Source of the DNA: Podarcis filfolensis
Taxonomy: Eukaryota
Length of the DNA: 64,000 nt
Assembly: GCA_964270895.1 (NCBI GenBank)
Contig: OZ185445.1
Direction: 5' to 3' (one strand)
The position numbers and the translations under genes are program-made. Each line of letters begins with the position of its first letter. Position 1 is the stretch's first letter. A model generated the notes under the pieces. That model was not told the DNA's origin and ran no database searches. It worked only from the letters and a program-made list of their open reading frames with translations. Positions 24,397 through 37,620 of this stretch are shown here, in pieces.

Positions 24397-24824
24397 TGTT
24401 AGAATTCCTGCTCCATGATTTCAGTCATGGGATTTTTGTCTATTACATGATGGTGTACGTTTTGACTCCACAGAGTGGGAAGTGAAGGAGACAGGATGTT
24501 TCTGTTACTGTGTTCCGTGAAGTGGGACTATTGTCCTTTTTTGTTTTTTGCTGTCTGGTGCTAGAGAGAGAGGGAGCCATGTTGCAGTGATCTGTATGTG
24601 TTTGTATGTAAATAAAGTAGATTAGCCAAAATGCTGAGTTGCTGAGGTCTGTTACACAAGCTGTGAAGTCTCTGCGGATCCCTAAGTGTGCCAATGTCTG
24701 TTGTCATCGGTCACTGTGATGTTCGGGCTGAGCTCCGGAATGAACGACCAGGAGGGAGAGAACATGCCAGTTGGGAATATGTCTCTACCAGGGTCCTACT
24801 CAAGTGTAGGACAAGCTCCTGACA
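24397..24824. mobile_element. Solo LTR (Gypsy- or ERV-type)
   Basis: TGTTAGAA...TCCTGACA termini (TG...CA, 6/8 inverted match); internal AATAAA at ~24610; 5-bp TSD GTAAG / GTAGG with one mismatch; 428 bp. Confidence 0.7.
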
Positions 24825-25149
24825 GTAGGATCACAACTTGTGCACATTCAACTCGTGTGAAAGCAGCTTTATGCTCTTGGCAGCTTCCAGAGCATGAGTA
24901 GAGAAATGTCACATGGAATCACCTCTGAATGATTTCATGTGGTTGAAGGAAAAATTTGAATTACTTCAAAATTTGATTTTGTAAATGCATGAAACATTTT
25001 ATTTATGCTATTCATATTTTGCCTTTTACCAAACAGCTGCAAGCTAGCTTACATTTTTAAAAATACGGTATCATAAGAACACATCCACCACACTAAACAG
25101 CAAAATTAGACCAGGAAATAAAACTGTGAGGTCAGTAGTGAAAGCTAGA

Positions 25150-25400
25150 CCAAAGCAGTAAATAAGTCTGAAACATCAGTAAAAGCCATTGAAGACTTGG
25201 ACTAACACAGAAGGCAACAGCACCTAAGAAAGCACAAGCCAAATATTTCTTGGGAGGGAGTTCTATAATTAGGGTGCTATCATGGAAGATGAGCTCTCTC
25301 CAGAAGCTACTTGCTTAGACAAGAGCACCAAGAAATTGGTGAGCAGGTTTCTATGGGTGAAAGCAGCCCTTTAAATACTAGGACATGTAGGGCTTTAAAG
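25150..25400 (-). mobile_element. Old L2-like LINE fragment
   Basis: Degenerate aaaagcc...tcttgggagggagttctataattagggtgct pattern; similar remnants at ~18925-19045 and ~41425-41665. Confidence 0.4.
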
Positions 25401-26528
25401 GCCCAGACCAGCAAATAAATGCATATACAAAGACAGTAAATGTGCATTTGCAGATGCCCATACAGTATTATACTGGTACATGTAGCAAGAAGCTGGAATG
25501 AATTATATCCCCTCTTAACCTGTGAAGAACTTGAGGGACTGTTTTATATTTTTCTCACCGCACACTTACTGTGGAAGAACTCTTCTAAAGTTGGAACAGC
25601 TTGTTTCTTCAGTATGGGAAATTTCTTCCACAGAAACAGAAAATTAAGGTTTTATTTATTTATTTCACTATTTTGGTTTCTTAGGGAAGAAGAGACAAAG
25701 CAACAAATCAGTTCTTAACAGTAAGAAACCGCCCAAGACATTTTGCTGCCTGAGGTGAAGCACAAAGTAATGCCTCACCTCCATCCCACATTCTGAACCC
25801 AAGTGGACTGGCAATTGAATCTCATTTTAGCACTGGTAATCTTCCACTGCACCAGTTAGGGGCCCCAGAACAGACCGTGTGGCAACAGAGGGGAACAACA
25901 GCTGGGGGGCTCATGGAGGAACAGTTGCCTCCCTCTGTCTACCAGCCCCTATTGACGTCATCTGTTGCCTTTTTTGACAGAAGTCTTATTTCTCTTTGGA
26001 TTCCTGTCTATGTACAGGTTCTGTACAAGGTTCTGTACTTTGACTTTTCTATCTCTTTCTCTCTCTGCTAAATCATGAAACTTCAAAAAAACGAAGAGGG
26101 GAAGGAACGAAGAGGAGAAGGAAGAGTGGTAAATGAGAGATTGATGGAACATATGTGTGCTTTTTGAGTACCTAAGGGTTGTGAATGTACATTTATATAA
26201 CAGCTAATATTGAGGAAACCATTTGTGTCGGGGTGAGTAAACCTCTGACAGATTACATGCAAGCACTTGCGCATGTGTTTCATTATTTGATTGCCTTAGG
26301 AGACTGCTGTTTAAGTTGGCAGATCAACTTATTAAAAGCAAAGCTTGTCTGCTGGCAAGATTACAGCACACTGGGGGTGGGGTAGGGCAGAGAGCCCAAA
26401 TGTTGAGGTAGAGTGTGTTTATAGTGTAAGGAAACTATAATGTTACTGGAGGAAAGTAGGATTAAATGTGGTTCTAATTTATTGTACTGGGCTCAAGATT
26501 ATATTCCTTCAGGATTTGGGCATATATG

Positions 26529-26529
<1 letters not shown>

Positions 26530-26569
<40 letters not shown>
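26530..26569. repeat. (TG)20 microsatellite
   Basis: Direct read. Confidence 0.95.
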
Positions 26570-26570
<1 letters not shown>

Positions 26571-28127
26571 CTTTTTAAAAAAAACAAAAACAAAACACGT
26601 TTAAGTCAAATATGTTGAGAAGATCTGGAATACCTTTCTCTTCAAACTTTTAGAAAGCGTGGGCATTTTGTTCTCAATATTTCTTAAGTATTTAAGCAGC
26701 CTTGAAAATAAAGAATGTCGATAGTAACAGAACAGCTAGATTTGCTGGTCTCACTATCCAGTTATCATGCAGTGCTAAGCTGCTGGTGGTGTTGTTGCTG
26801 TTAAATTTGTATACTACCCTATACCCATAGATATCAGGGAGGTTCTCAGAATAATCAGGGCAATTCACAACATTATGGGTCCCCCTTCCTGCCTTCTAGT
26901 GCAACACACAGAGGAGGGGGTTGGCACAAATGAGCAGCCAGTTCACCATTTACATGTGAACCAGCTCACTGAGTCCATTGTCAATTTAACAGTGAGCTTT
27001 TTGGTAAGCAATTTACGGCTATTTCACACATGGTTTCAAGCTATGCTTTTATCATGTGCTTGGATGCTGCAATGATCGGCTTGAATATATACAGGGTAAC
27101 TGGAAAACAAAATACAATAAACCAGATAGCCCTGCATAATATTTGTCCTAATTCAGATGCCACCTACACGGGACCAAAGATGATATGTGTTTAAGCATAT
27201 GCTTAGTTTGGCCCTGACACCACATTTGACCCAATTCCGTGCTGCAGTACCATTGTTGTCACTCCGTAGTAGGGAAACTGATGACTAAAATGCACAAGTG
27301 AGTTTTCTGTTGCTTTATGGCAACAGAAGCTCTCTGAACGTGACCAGTTAAGGCACGATCTACCTGCCCTTTCCTGGTAGCCCATTGAGTGGGAGGAAAG
27401 AGGATCCTGTCTCTATCCATTGTTGGCATCTGCCCCACAGCAAGTGACTCCCAGCACTAGCTCAGAGACCACCACCATTATCAGAGCACATTCAGTGTGT
27501 TCAGGTTATTTTGTGTGGGCCTCTGATGACAGCACTGCTTGCACAAGACAAACTGTAAACCCTTTCCTACAGATAATTAAGATAGCTATTTACACAGTAT
27601 GCCTGTTATTCTAGAGAGATAGAAAGCAGTACCAAGGCATCTAGTATAAGGGAAATGACTGGCTGAAATCCTAGATGCCCTTACCTGAGAGTAAGTCCCA
27701 ACGAACTCAGTGGATCTTACTTATGCGTGGACATGGAGAGGCCTGCAATGTTAAGTATCTTTAAAAAACAAAACAGCACGCGGGGAACAGGAAAGAAAAT
27801 GTGGTGGACAAGAAAATAAGATCCACTCCCTGAGGGTTACTTCTCTTTCTGCAGCAAAGCAATATGAGGTGCAATAGATTAATTGCCACATCAGCTCAGT
27901 TTTAAGCACCTTTAATTGGTGCATATGTTTGTACACTGCTCTAAGATTCAAGGGAAAGGCTAATTAGGGTACAACTTGTTCTAACTGCCTGTGTGGATTC
28001 AGTGTAATAAAAAATCGTGTGCAAAGTACATGCTCAGGTGCTGTGGGCGGTGTTGCCTTCAGTTATTTTAGGAATAAGTGCACTGGCCTATTAGAAGAGA
28101 AGGTTACCAGACCTAGCTGAGACACAG

Positions 28128-28129
<2 letters not shown>

Positions 28130-28190
<61 letters not shown>

Positions 28191-28192
28191 AC
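28130..28192. repeat. Compound (CT)n(CA)n microsatellite
   Basis: Direct read. Confidence 0.95.
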
Positions 28193-29991
28193 CATTTCCT
28201 GTTTACCAGAATTCAAATCTTAAGTTCTCCATACAAGTAGGGCTGCTTTATGTAATGAAAAAGTCCTCATTGAGCATTCTGGCCTAAACATCTCCTGACT
28301 GTATTGCATGGGCTTCCTTGTGGGCCTGGCACGGTGCCATGTTGTATGATGCTGTATAAACAGAACATGCAAGGAACTGTTTGCTGATACTAGAAATCTT
28401 GGGATTGTTAAATACTGGCAGCTTTAGTTTTTGTGTTAGAAAAGAGATGAGCTTTCCTACTGGCAGAATTTTGAAATTCCAGATAGTTAGATGTTCACAG
28501 GCGGGCAAGGGGTGGTTTTCTTGAAATAATTGCAAGCAAGAAACCTGCATTAAAGCAATTATTTGAATTAGTCCCTGTCCCCTGTTGGTAACCTAAGACC
28601 CTCCAAATGGTGGTGAACTACAGCTGCCCTCAGTCCTGTGGCCAGTGCTCAAAAATGATAGCAGTTGTAGTTCAGCAACATCTTGAAGACCACTGTTTCT
28701 CCACCCTGCTTATGTGATTTTAATCATTTCGATGTAAACAAAGCTGTCCTTTTAAAAAACGAAACCAGACTGAAAATAGCTCACTATAAAATGATTGCCA
28801 AAACTTGTCATAGGTATCTTAACAGATGACAAATGAATTTGCAGAGCAGTGTGAAATGTCACGGTGTTAACTCCTGTTACGAGTGACAGCTTGTTGTCAG
28901 AGTGCCAATATGAAATAAGACCAGACATTGTCACAAATACATACAGCATATGCTTATGTGCATGGTTGGTGACCTATCCAATTTTCTGTGTGGAATAAAT
29001 TCTTCATTATGTCGTTAAATTAGGCACACACACGACATTTCGTCTTCTGAATATGAGGTGCTAATTTGGAAGAAAGTATTTGCTTCATCTCCCTTGTATG
29101 AGAAATAAAATAGGCAGCTAAATGGCTTAATAGTACAAACAAAATGGATACATAGTAGGAACCCAAGAACAAATGCGTACATTGACAATAAATGTTTACA
29201 GTCAAGTTTCGTCAATGTTTTCTGATAATCTGAAGCTACCATTATGAATCTTGCCTCCTTTTGCTTGAATGGGTGATAAGACTTCAACTCTTCATATTGA
29301 AGCCCACTTTGGACAATGTAAGTGGTAATGAGCCAATCTGTTAAAGAATACTATATAAAATAAATCTATTAAAATCCATTTCTTTTCCCCTAGTTACATG
29401 ATTAGTCAAAACGTGTTTAGTAAAACAAAACAATGTAGTAAAAGGTAAAGGCAAAATACAAAATAATGTAACACTTCAGGGATAAATGCAATGCTCTCAT
29501 GGAACTGCACAGATTAGAAAAAAAGGCATGGATTACTTTTTAATAAAAAAAGTTAAAGCATCAGTTTTAGCCTATAATTAAGGAATAACTAGAGACTTAA
29601 AAGAGATCTCTGCGGCATAATGCTGCTCATAGCATAATGGCCTGCTGTTGTGCAGGAGACTGATCTAAGGTTTTTGTGGAAAATACTGACACCCTGAGGT
29701 GAAGAGTAACTTCAAAGCAATCTCATAGTTATAAGATCACTTAACTCTTACATTACGTTGTTTCCAGTAGATTTTGCTGCTCTGCATTTCCTCCCCTTGA
29801 TGGTTATCCCTTCTAAGCATTTTGAGAACTTTGGCCCTGTAACTGGTGCTGACCATCTCTAATGAACTTAGGAACATACTGTAGAAAGATGCCTTATACA
29901 GTGGTACCTATATAAGGCGGATCTAGGGGACCAACAATACATGATTCAGCATGATGCACTTATGCATGCTTATGTATGCCTTCCTCTAATA

Positions 29992-30233
29992 CAGTGGTAC
30001 CTTGGGTTACATATGCTTCAGGTTACATACGCTTCAGATTACAGACTCCGCTAACCCAGAAATAGTGCTTCAGGCTAAGAACTTTGTTTCAGGATGAGAA
30101 CAGAAATCGTGCTCTGGCGGCACAGCAGCAGCAGGAGGCCCCATTAGCTAAAGTGGTGCTTCAGGTTAAGAACAGTTTCAGGTTAAGTACGGACCTCCGG
30201 AACAAATTAAGTACTTAACCTGAGGTACCACTG
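29992..30233 (+). mobile_element. Tc1/mariner MITE, family A, copy 3
   Basis: TA-flanked, 242 bp, near-identical to copies 1 and 2. Confidence 0.88.
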
Positions 30234-30472
30234 TACCAGTCAAACCCATTTGCTCATCTAGCTCAAGGTTTCAGCCAGGAGTCCTTCCAGCCATACAATG
30301 AGATACCTGGAGTTAAACATGGGAACTTCTGCCTGCAAAGTGTTGTGGGGGTGGGTGGGTTATTGTTAATGTTGTTGTTAATTGCTCTCTAGGCACTGAA
30401 AATTCTTTCTTCTCTTGGCAAAGATTTACCAACATCACATGGTACTTGCTCCCTTTTTAACACAATGCAATA

Positions 30473-30696
30473 CAGTGGTACCTCTAGTTAAGAACTTAAT
30501 TCGTTCTGGAGGTCTGTTCTTAACCTGAAACTGTTCTTAACCTGAGGTACCACTTTAGGAAATGGGGCCTCCTGCTGCCGCTGCGCCACTGCTGCACGTT
30601 TTCTGTTCAATTTCTGTTCTCATCCTGGGGCAAAGTTCTTAACCAGAGGTACTATCTCTGGGTTAGCTGAAGCGTCTGTAACCCGAGGTACCACTG
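30473..30696 (-). mobile_element. Tc1/mariner MITE, family A variant, copy 4 (inverted)
   Basis: TA|CAGTGGTACCTCTAGTT...AACCCGAGGTACCACTG|TA; internal sequence is the reverse complement of copy 3. Confidence 0.85.
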
Positions 30697-30964
30697 TACA
30701 TGTCATGGCAAGATTGGCCTTTGCAGGGTTCAGGTAAAATATCTTTTGCATGTCTCACTTGGGTACCAAACTGGCAAGATACTACATATTTTACTGGCCA
30801 AAAGTAATCCACAGTCAATCTCTCAAGCTACCCCTCAGTGAAGATAAAACTTGGAGAGACCATGTAGGACTGTAGCTCTATATGCCAGTTATAAATGAAA
30901 TAAGTAAATGAATTATGTTACAGTGACCACTTACACATCACCCCAAAAAAGAGGACAAAAGACA

Positions 30965-31105
30965 AGAGTATCTGTTTTGCTTGCAGAAAATCGCAGGCCA
31001 TCTCCAGGTAGGACAAGAATGTCCTCAAACTGAAACCCTGCAAAGCCACTGCCAGTCAGTGTACGATGCCATATTGAGCCACAGACCCCTGTGTTCCTTC
31101 CTATG
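30965..31105 (+). mobile_element. Degenerate tRNA-derived SINE (Squam3-like)
   Basis: catctccaggtagg...ctgaaaccctgcaaagccactgccagtcagtgta...ttcctatg resembles the 55745 copy. Confidence 0.5.
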
Positions 31106-31490
31106 AGCATTGGTGCCAATTTTAAAATTAGGACTATAATTTAAATAGAAAGCCAATACTTCTCGACATTGGGAGGGGGGAGGGGGAACCCTGTGTCCAG
31201 GTGGCTGCTCAGACTACTGTCCATGCAATAATTTCCATGCCCCTGTTTTAGGGTTATTTGTCTTGAAACTGGACTAGGTCAAAACAGAGGACTCCTTCAA
31301 AAAGAAGACTGCCCTTTGCAAAGCAGGACTAGCAGACAGTCTACATTAGGTACTGCTGGGACCATCAGTCTAAAAGAGCGAGAGAGAGAAAGCAGGTAGC
31401 GGATCTTGCCAATTTCCTGCTTTGTTTTTAGTGTAATTAGAAAATGCATTTCTATAGTTGCTGTTCAACAAGGAAAAATAATGCCAGTGT

Positions 31491-31491
<1 letters not shown>

Positions 31492-31539
<48 letters not shown>

Positions 31540-31549
31540 TACTACTACT
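31492..31549. repeat. Compound (TAT)n(TAC)n microsatellite
   Basis: Direct read. Confidence 0.95.
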
Positions 31550-32741
31550 TCCACAGCATGCTATTGCTTTACACGGTGTTTTTCTACAGTAGCACAAGCA
31601 AAAAGAAGATAATTCCCAGCTCTAAGGGTCTTACAAGCTAAACTGTTACTCCAGTGCCACTAAAGTTTTGTCGCCACCTTGAACTAACAGTTCTACACTG
31701 AACATGGCATTTCTAAACAGAAGGCAGGTTGAAAAAGGTGTTGCGGCTTTCATAAAATAGTGTGTGCTTCAAAAGCAGCCCGTAGAGGGGAGTAGAATAT
31801 AACAGGACGATTTAACTACAGGCATTTTTTTTTAAAGAGTTCCAGTTGGAGCCAACTAAAAACATCTGCTGTCTTATTTATAGTTCCCAGTTCCAAGAAG
31901 TATATTCTGTGGCAGATGAAAAAGTGGATGACAGCTCATAATTCATAAAGTTACCAAAGCCTAATCTGATAGAACATAGTGTACAAACTCCTCCCTCCCA
32001 CACAGACAATATCGCTTCCTTTTAACACGAGATAGCATGGCTTTGCTACATATTAAATTGAGCGCTGACATACAATTTACAGCCCTTGTTATAATAATTA
32101 AACTTTAATAAAGAAGCACCATGGCCTATTACTGCAAAATGTTGGCTCAGAGCCAGCAATTTGGGGAGATGCATCTTGTTAGTGTGATTCTAAGCCAGTT
32201 TTGTTTTGTTTTTAAATCCAGTTAACTTCCCCCTCAGAATCTATTTTTGTTTTGTATTATAGGAACCCCTTGCATTGTTGTGCTGGGGATGGTTTTCCTT
32301 TTTTCTTTAACAAGGGAGAGGGGAGGGGAAGACATTTTCTAGCACATCATTTTTTTATTTTGTTAAAAATACTAGTAAACGAGAGCTTTCTGGGTAGTGG
32401 GCTGGGATTGAATTAGCCTGTTGTGAGAGTGTATGTCCAACTTAGTTTATAATCAAGTTTTTGGATGAAGGCTTTGGTAAGTAGTATTTCCCCATGCAAG
32501 CTTTTCCCTAAAGTTTCAAAGCAGCATTTTCTTTTAGAGGGTATGGAGGTGCTCACAGATGGTGTATACACCTTATTAAAGCAGCTTAAAATGATATAAT
32601 GTGCGAAATATAAATGCATCATTTTAACAAATATAAATATTTACATTATGTTGCTCAGAAAGCAATACTTTGGAACAGGTGCTATCCAAATGAACAGTTG
32701 TTGCACCACTGTGCACACCCAACCCTCCCATCTCACTAGAC

Positions 32742-33089
32742 CAGAGCTTTCCAAACTTTTCATGCTGATGACACACTTTTTAGACATGCATCATTTTGCA
32801 ACACAGTAATTCAATTTTACTAGCAAACCAGAGATTAAACTAACCCCTTTCCAGCTGCAGGAGCGGGGGGGGGGCGTTCGCACGACACACCTACACACTA
32901 CAGCCAACACACTAATGCAGGCTTCCTCAACCCTGCCCTCCAGATGTTTTGAGACTACAATTCCCATCATCCCTGACCACTGGTCCTGCTAGCTAGGGAT
33001 CATGGGAGTTGTAGGCCAAAAACATCTGGAGGGCCGACATTGAGGAAGCCTGCACTAATGTGTCATGACATACAGTTTGGAAAGCTCTG
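32742..33089. mobile_element. hAT MITE (host) with perfect 8-bp TSD
   Basis: TIRs CAGAGCTTTCCAAACT and AGTTTGGAAAGCTCTG; TSD CACTAGAC at 32734-32741 and 33090-33097. Confidence 0.9.
32918..33052. mobile_element. hAT MITE nested inside the 32742-33089 element
   Basis: TIRs CAGGCTTCCTCAA and TTGAGGAAGCCTG; TSD CACTAATG at 32910-32917 and 33053-33060; palindromic actacaattcccatc/atgggagttgtag core. Confidence 0.9.
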
Positions 33090-33759
33090 CACTAGACCTC
33101 GGAACAGACAAAATATGGGGGAGAGTTCTTGAACATTTGGGGGACAGGACAGAAGTGGTCTGGAATCCAGGTGGGGGCGACTATATTACTTACTTATTGT
33201 TTTTTGAGGTCTTCTGTGGTCACCCCATGGGGGGGCAACCATCTTGTTTTCACACAATGTACTGCTAACAACACAACATCACTCTACACTAGTGCACCCC
33301 ACAGTAGTAGTTGGGCTGCTGTTGTTCTGTCGCTAAACTGTGGCTTCGTTTTAAAGTTAAAAAAGATAAGAGAATACCAACACCAATCCTTGTGATAAGG
33401 AAGGAAGAGAAATTCATTGGTCCACGTTTTAATTTTCCACCCCAGGAGAGAAATGTGGATTAAAATGCAGCTATCATTCAGATTACACAGTTCTCAGAAT
33501 TTCGTGGTGCTATTTCTGCTCAAAATATTCGCACAAAATGCATACTTCACAGAATTAAAAATGCAATAGTATGTATTTAAGGGGAAATGCAGCAAAAAGC
33601 ATATGAAACATACATTTTAGCAGAAAGTGTGTATAATTTGAGTGCTAATTTTTCATTTTTTAAAAAACTACAAATAAAGCATGGCAAGGAATTAATCTGT
33701 GATTGAGTACATGTGAAACTCACACGGAACACAAATAAAGGGATCCAGCCACCTACATA

Positions 33760-33907
33760 CATAGCTCAGTTGGTGGAGCATGAAAGTCTTAATCCCGGGG
33801 TCCTGAGTTTGAGCCTTATGTTGAACAGAAGATTCCTGCATTGCAGGGGTTTGGAAAATACGGCCCTTGTGGTCCTTTCCAACTCTACAACTCTGTGATT
33901 CTACGAT
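33760..33907 (+). mobile_element. tRNA-Lys(CUU)-headed SINE with CR1-type tail
   Basis: tagctcagttggtggagcatgaaagtcttaatcccggggtcctgagtttgagcc head, then gattcctgcattgcaggggtttgga...ctctgtgattcta. Confidence 0.8.
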
Positions 33908-36900
33908 CTCTGCCTTTGGACCGCCTCATAAAATACCAACAGAGCAATTCAGACTGTGACCAGGCAGCAGCAGTCCATGCTGGGTGACAGCCACCATTGT
34001 ATCCACAGCCCCATCCATTATGTTGGTGTTGGAGGTTGAAGGAGGCAGGCAGAAATGTGCTGTGAGCTATGCCAGCTTGGAACTGCTGTAGCCATTAGGC
34101 CTTCATTGGACCCGGTGCTGAGAAAATCTAGGAGAAAAGAAAAGGTAAAATTACTCAGGTTTTGATTTTAACTGTAATGTTAGACCATAGTCTCCTGGAT
34201 ACCTTCTAGTAAATGAGTCCCGTCCCCCGTCCCCCAAGCTTTTTCAATAGTGTATCTTATTACATTTTAAAGGGCAGGTTAGGTTATAATTTTGGTTCTA
34301 TCCACTTTCATGCTTCCTCTAGCAGTAATGAAAGGTTTGGCTCAGAGGCTTGCAGAGCCAACCTTCCAGCTTTAACTTTCCATAGGTCTTTGCCAGGTAA
34401 TAACTCTGAAAATCTCTTTTTACTGAGAACTCCTGCAAAAAGTGCAGCTGTGTGCTGGTTTCATCTTGCAGCTCATAGCTATGTTGGCAGTGCTCCGTTG
34501 CAAGGTATGTGTCGTCCGCTCACACACGTTGCTGTTGCTAAATGCTGTTCAGGCATGTCTCTATTAACAAGAGGGGGAGAGCTTTTGGATTGGAGGGAAT
34601 CTCAGCTTCTGTTTCGTCTGATTGGTTATGGCCGGTGGCAAGGTAAAAATAGAAGGAGTGGAAAATCCAGCATTTCTCGCATGTCATCAGAAGCCTCCTT
34701 TTAACCTGGGATAAATGCCTAATGACCAGGGAAGAAGGCTCTTTTAAGACAATCCCCTCGGCAACTTTTAAACACTGGGGGCGGCGAGCTTCAAAATAAA
34801 ACCCAAAGGGTGCACTTGGTCTGAACGTGAACGTTAAAATGATTACTTTAAGTGAAAAATTGATACTGGATTGTAGCAAAGGGATCTGCAAAGTTGCCCA
34901 GATTCTTAAGAGTGGACTTGGCTCTCCAAACCTTTGTGCTGTGAAGCACACATCAAAGCAGAAGATAGTTTTGAAGTCAGGTACAGATTGCAGGCTGCTT
35001 GTCAAGTTTCGTTATTTCTCTGTGTCCATTGAAAATTGTGTGTTGAGAGGGGTGGGGTGGTGGGGGGGGGTTGTTTCTTGCCATAATCCTTTTGATACAT
35101 GTTCAGTCCTCTGCTCTGTTACCACTAATCCATATTCAGAGCTTGTTTTGGCAATGGTAGCTGGAATACTTGCTTCCATTCCGTTTTGTTGCTGTAGCAT
35201 GTCAGCTTTCTTTAAAGAAATATATAAAAAAATTAAAGCACCACGAACAAACCTGGCTTCCTTCTGTGTAAATCTTGTAAAATGGTACTTAGTTCTAAGA
35301 ATGTTGTAAAGTGTTTAGTTTGGCAGACAACTGTTTCCTGAGGTCTTTTTTTTATTTTTTAAAAAACCCCTAAATGACTGTAATTTTCAGTTTTGTGCCA
35401 AAGGTGGAAAGTTTACTGTCGAAAGTACCAATTGCAGTATAATGGTATGGGAATTTTATACAGGAGCATTGCAGAACAGAGCAGCTCACGGCTACAAGAG
35501 CTACGAAACCCACTACTATTAAGAGAGTGTCGTTGTGTCAGGATTGTTGGTGATATGCTTTGCTCACTCATCACTTCATCACATTACAACGTTAAGGGGT
35601 TCCCCTCCCCATCAATTTATTTAGAATTTAACTAATTTCATTAAAAATTATGATTGGCAGTTTGTTTGAATCAGTGCGGTGGTATTTGGCTTCGAAGAAT
35701 CAGGGCTGTCACCCAATTAAATAAATCTTTCTTAACTTTATGATATTGGTTGATTTACCTATGATTAATCAGTTAAATTTGCATATGTAAAAACAGTTGT
35801 GAAGTAGTCATATGCCATACTAGAATCTTTTTCCTGTTCCACTTTTTTCATTTTAACTTAGGAGAGTCATTCTCTCTTTTCTGAGAGAGCACAGAGAATA
35901 CCTGTTCTAGTGGCCATTTCCAGCTTACATATGTTTTAAATGCTGCTCAATTAATGGCAGTGTTAGAAACTGAGATATGAGAGCTAGGAGCTAAATGGCA
36001 CCTTGAACCTAGGTTATGGGCACAACAACGCAATCAGGGTGTGCTTTTTTATAACAAGAATACAGAGCTGAAAATGAATGAACTGCAGCTAAAATATCAC
36101 GTTCATTTTTCACATGGTCTCAGAAACTGCTTGCGCACATGGAATTCCCTGTCGCAAAATGTGCCTAAAACAATGGGAGTTTCGAACACTGATTAATGGG
36201 TGGTAGTGGTAGATTTTCAGGCAATTTTAACTGATTTGTCTACATGGGGGTAAGCCCCATTGGGAATGTGCATAGGATAGGGCATGTTGCAGCCCTCAAA
36301 ACTATATTTTATGTAGCAAACCCAATTGATTGCAAGAGCATTTCTAGCTCTGCAGCAGCCTATTTTTCTAACTGCAAAATATAAGGCAAGAGAAGAGAAG
36401 CCTATCTTCTAAAACATCAAAATACTTGATACAGCATTCCTAATTTACTTCTGATCTAGGATGGGAGAACTAGGCTCAAAGGAATTGTGATGGGTGGGTG
36501 GAAAATGCAATTTGCTTTCCTTACAGAAACCGCTAGAGGGAGTAAGAGAGAGAAGGCAGTGAGCTGAATTTTTCGTTCTGCCGCTTGCCTCCCTCAGAAC
36601 TGCTTTGTGCACAGCTATTTTCGATGCAGATACTTTTGTGCAGAAAACCGACATATACATGGCTATGCATGCATGCATTTGAAAAAGGCACAGTGATTGC
36701 ACACTCATGTAGGTATAAAAGTACAAGTACTCTTAAAAATACAGCAAGGTGCTTTGTGCATGGATATCTTTCACAAGATCAGTTTCCCCAAAATTGGCAG
36801 AGCTTCTTCTAAACTTTTATAACATGATTGCTTGTTGACAAATGCGAGATTGACTACTGCTGGCTCCACCATGCTAGGATGGGAGTGAATGTTCTTTTCA

Positions 36901-37378
36901 CAGAGTTCGTTCTTCTGCCGGACACATTTCACAAAGAGCACTTCAAGGAAATCTTCAGATTCTTGTACTGTGGATTTCCTAGTAATTGTGGCATATTCAA
37001 AGAACTACTGTTAAGAGGAAGTTTCTGATCCTTTAAAAAATGCGGTATTTTTATATTTCTTGTAGAAATCACAGAAGGGGGGGGGGGGCAAAAAGAAAGA
37101 AGGTGCGTAGCTCCCCCGGCTGGTCAAGTCCAGAGCTTTCTGTTCCATTGCATTTTGTTATAAGAAGGTTGTATAGATTTTGCACATTCAGCTGTGTTCT
37201 GTTTTGAAGTGCACAAGAATTCTACAGTTGTGCAGAGCACACGTTGACACAGAGAAACATGGGGGCACTTTGTATGGAACACTAGAGTGTGTATGTGTGT
37301 GCAGACATATGTGATCATGCATCTGTGCAGCCTGTGGAGGACAGGAGAAGAAAAGAGTAGGAGGAGGCTCATCAAATA

Positions 37379-37620
37379 CAGTGGTACCTCGGGTTAAGTA
37401 CTTAATTCGTTCCGGAGGTCCGTTCTTAACCTGAAACTGTTCTTAACCTGAAGCACCACTTTAGCTAATGGGGCCTCCCGCTGCTGCAGCGCCACTGGAG
37501 CACGATTTCTGTTCTCATCCTGAAGCAAAGTTCTTAACCCGAAGTACTATTTCTGGGTTAGCGGAGTCTGTAACCTGAAGCGTCTGTAACCTGAAGCGGA
37601 TGTAACCCAAGGTACCACTG
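37379..37620 (-). mobile_element. Tc1/mariner MITE, family A, copy 5 (inverted)
   Basis: TA-flanked, 242 bp, reverse complement of copies 1-3. Confidence 0.88.

Noticed and set aside
31370-31641. ORFs with poly-N, poly-I or poly-Y runs (also 15926, 39572, 62715)
   Set aside because: These are translations of microsatellites
33760-33835. tRNA-Lys-like sequence (also 58832 and the Ile-like copy at 10400-10474) as true tRNA genes
   Set aside because: Stems are broken and each runs into a CR1-type tail, so these are SINE heads
34213-35309. Cluster of 155-163-aa ORFs on both strands, and the 177-aa minus-strand ORF at 51255-51788
   Set aside because: No recognisable domains, splice logic or codon pattern; consistent with chance ORFs in 64 kb
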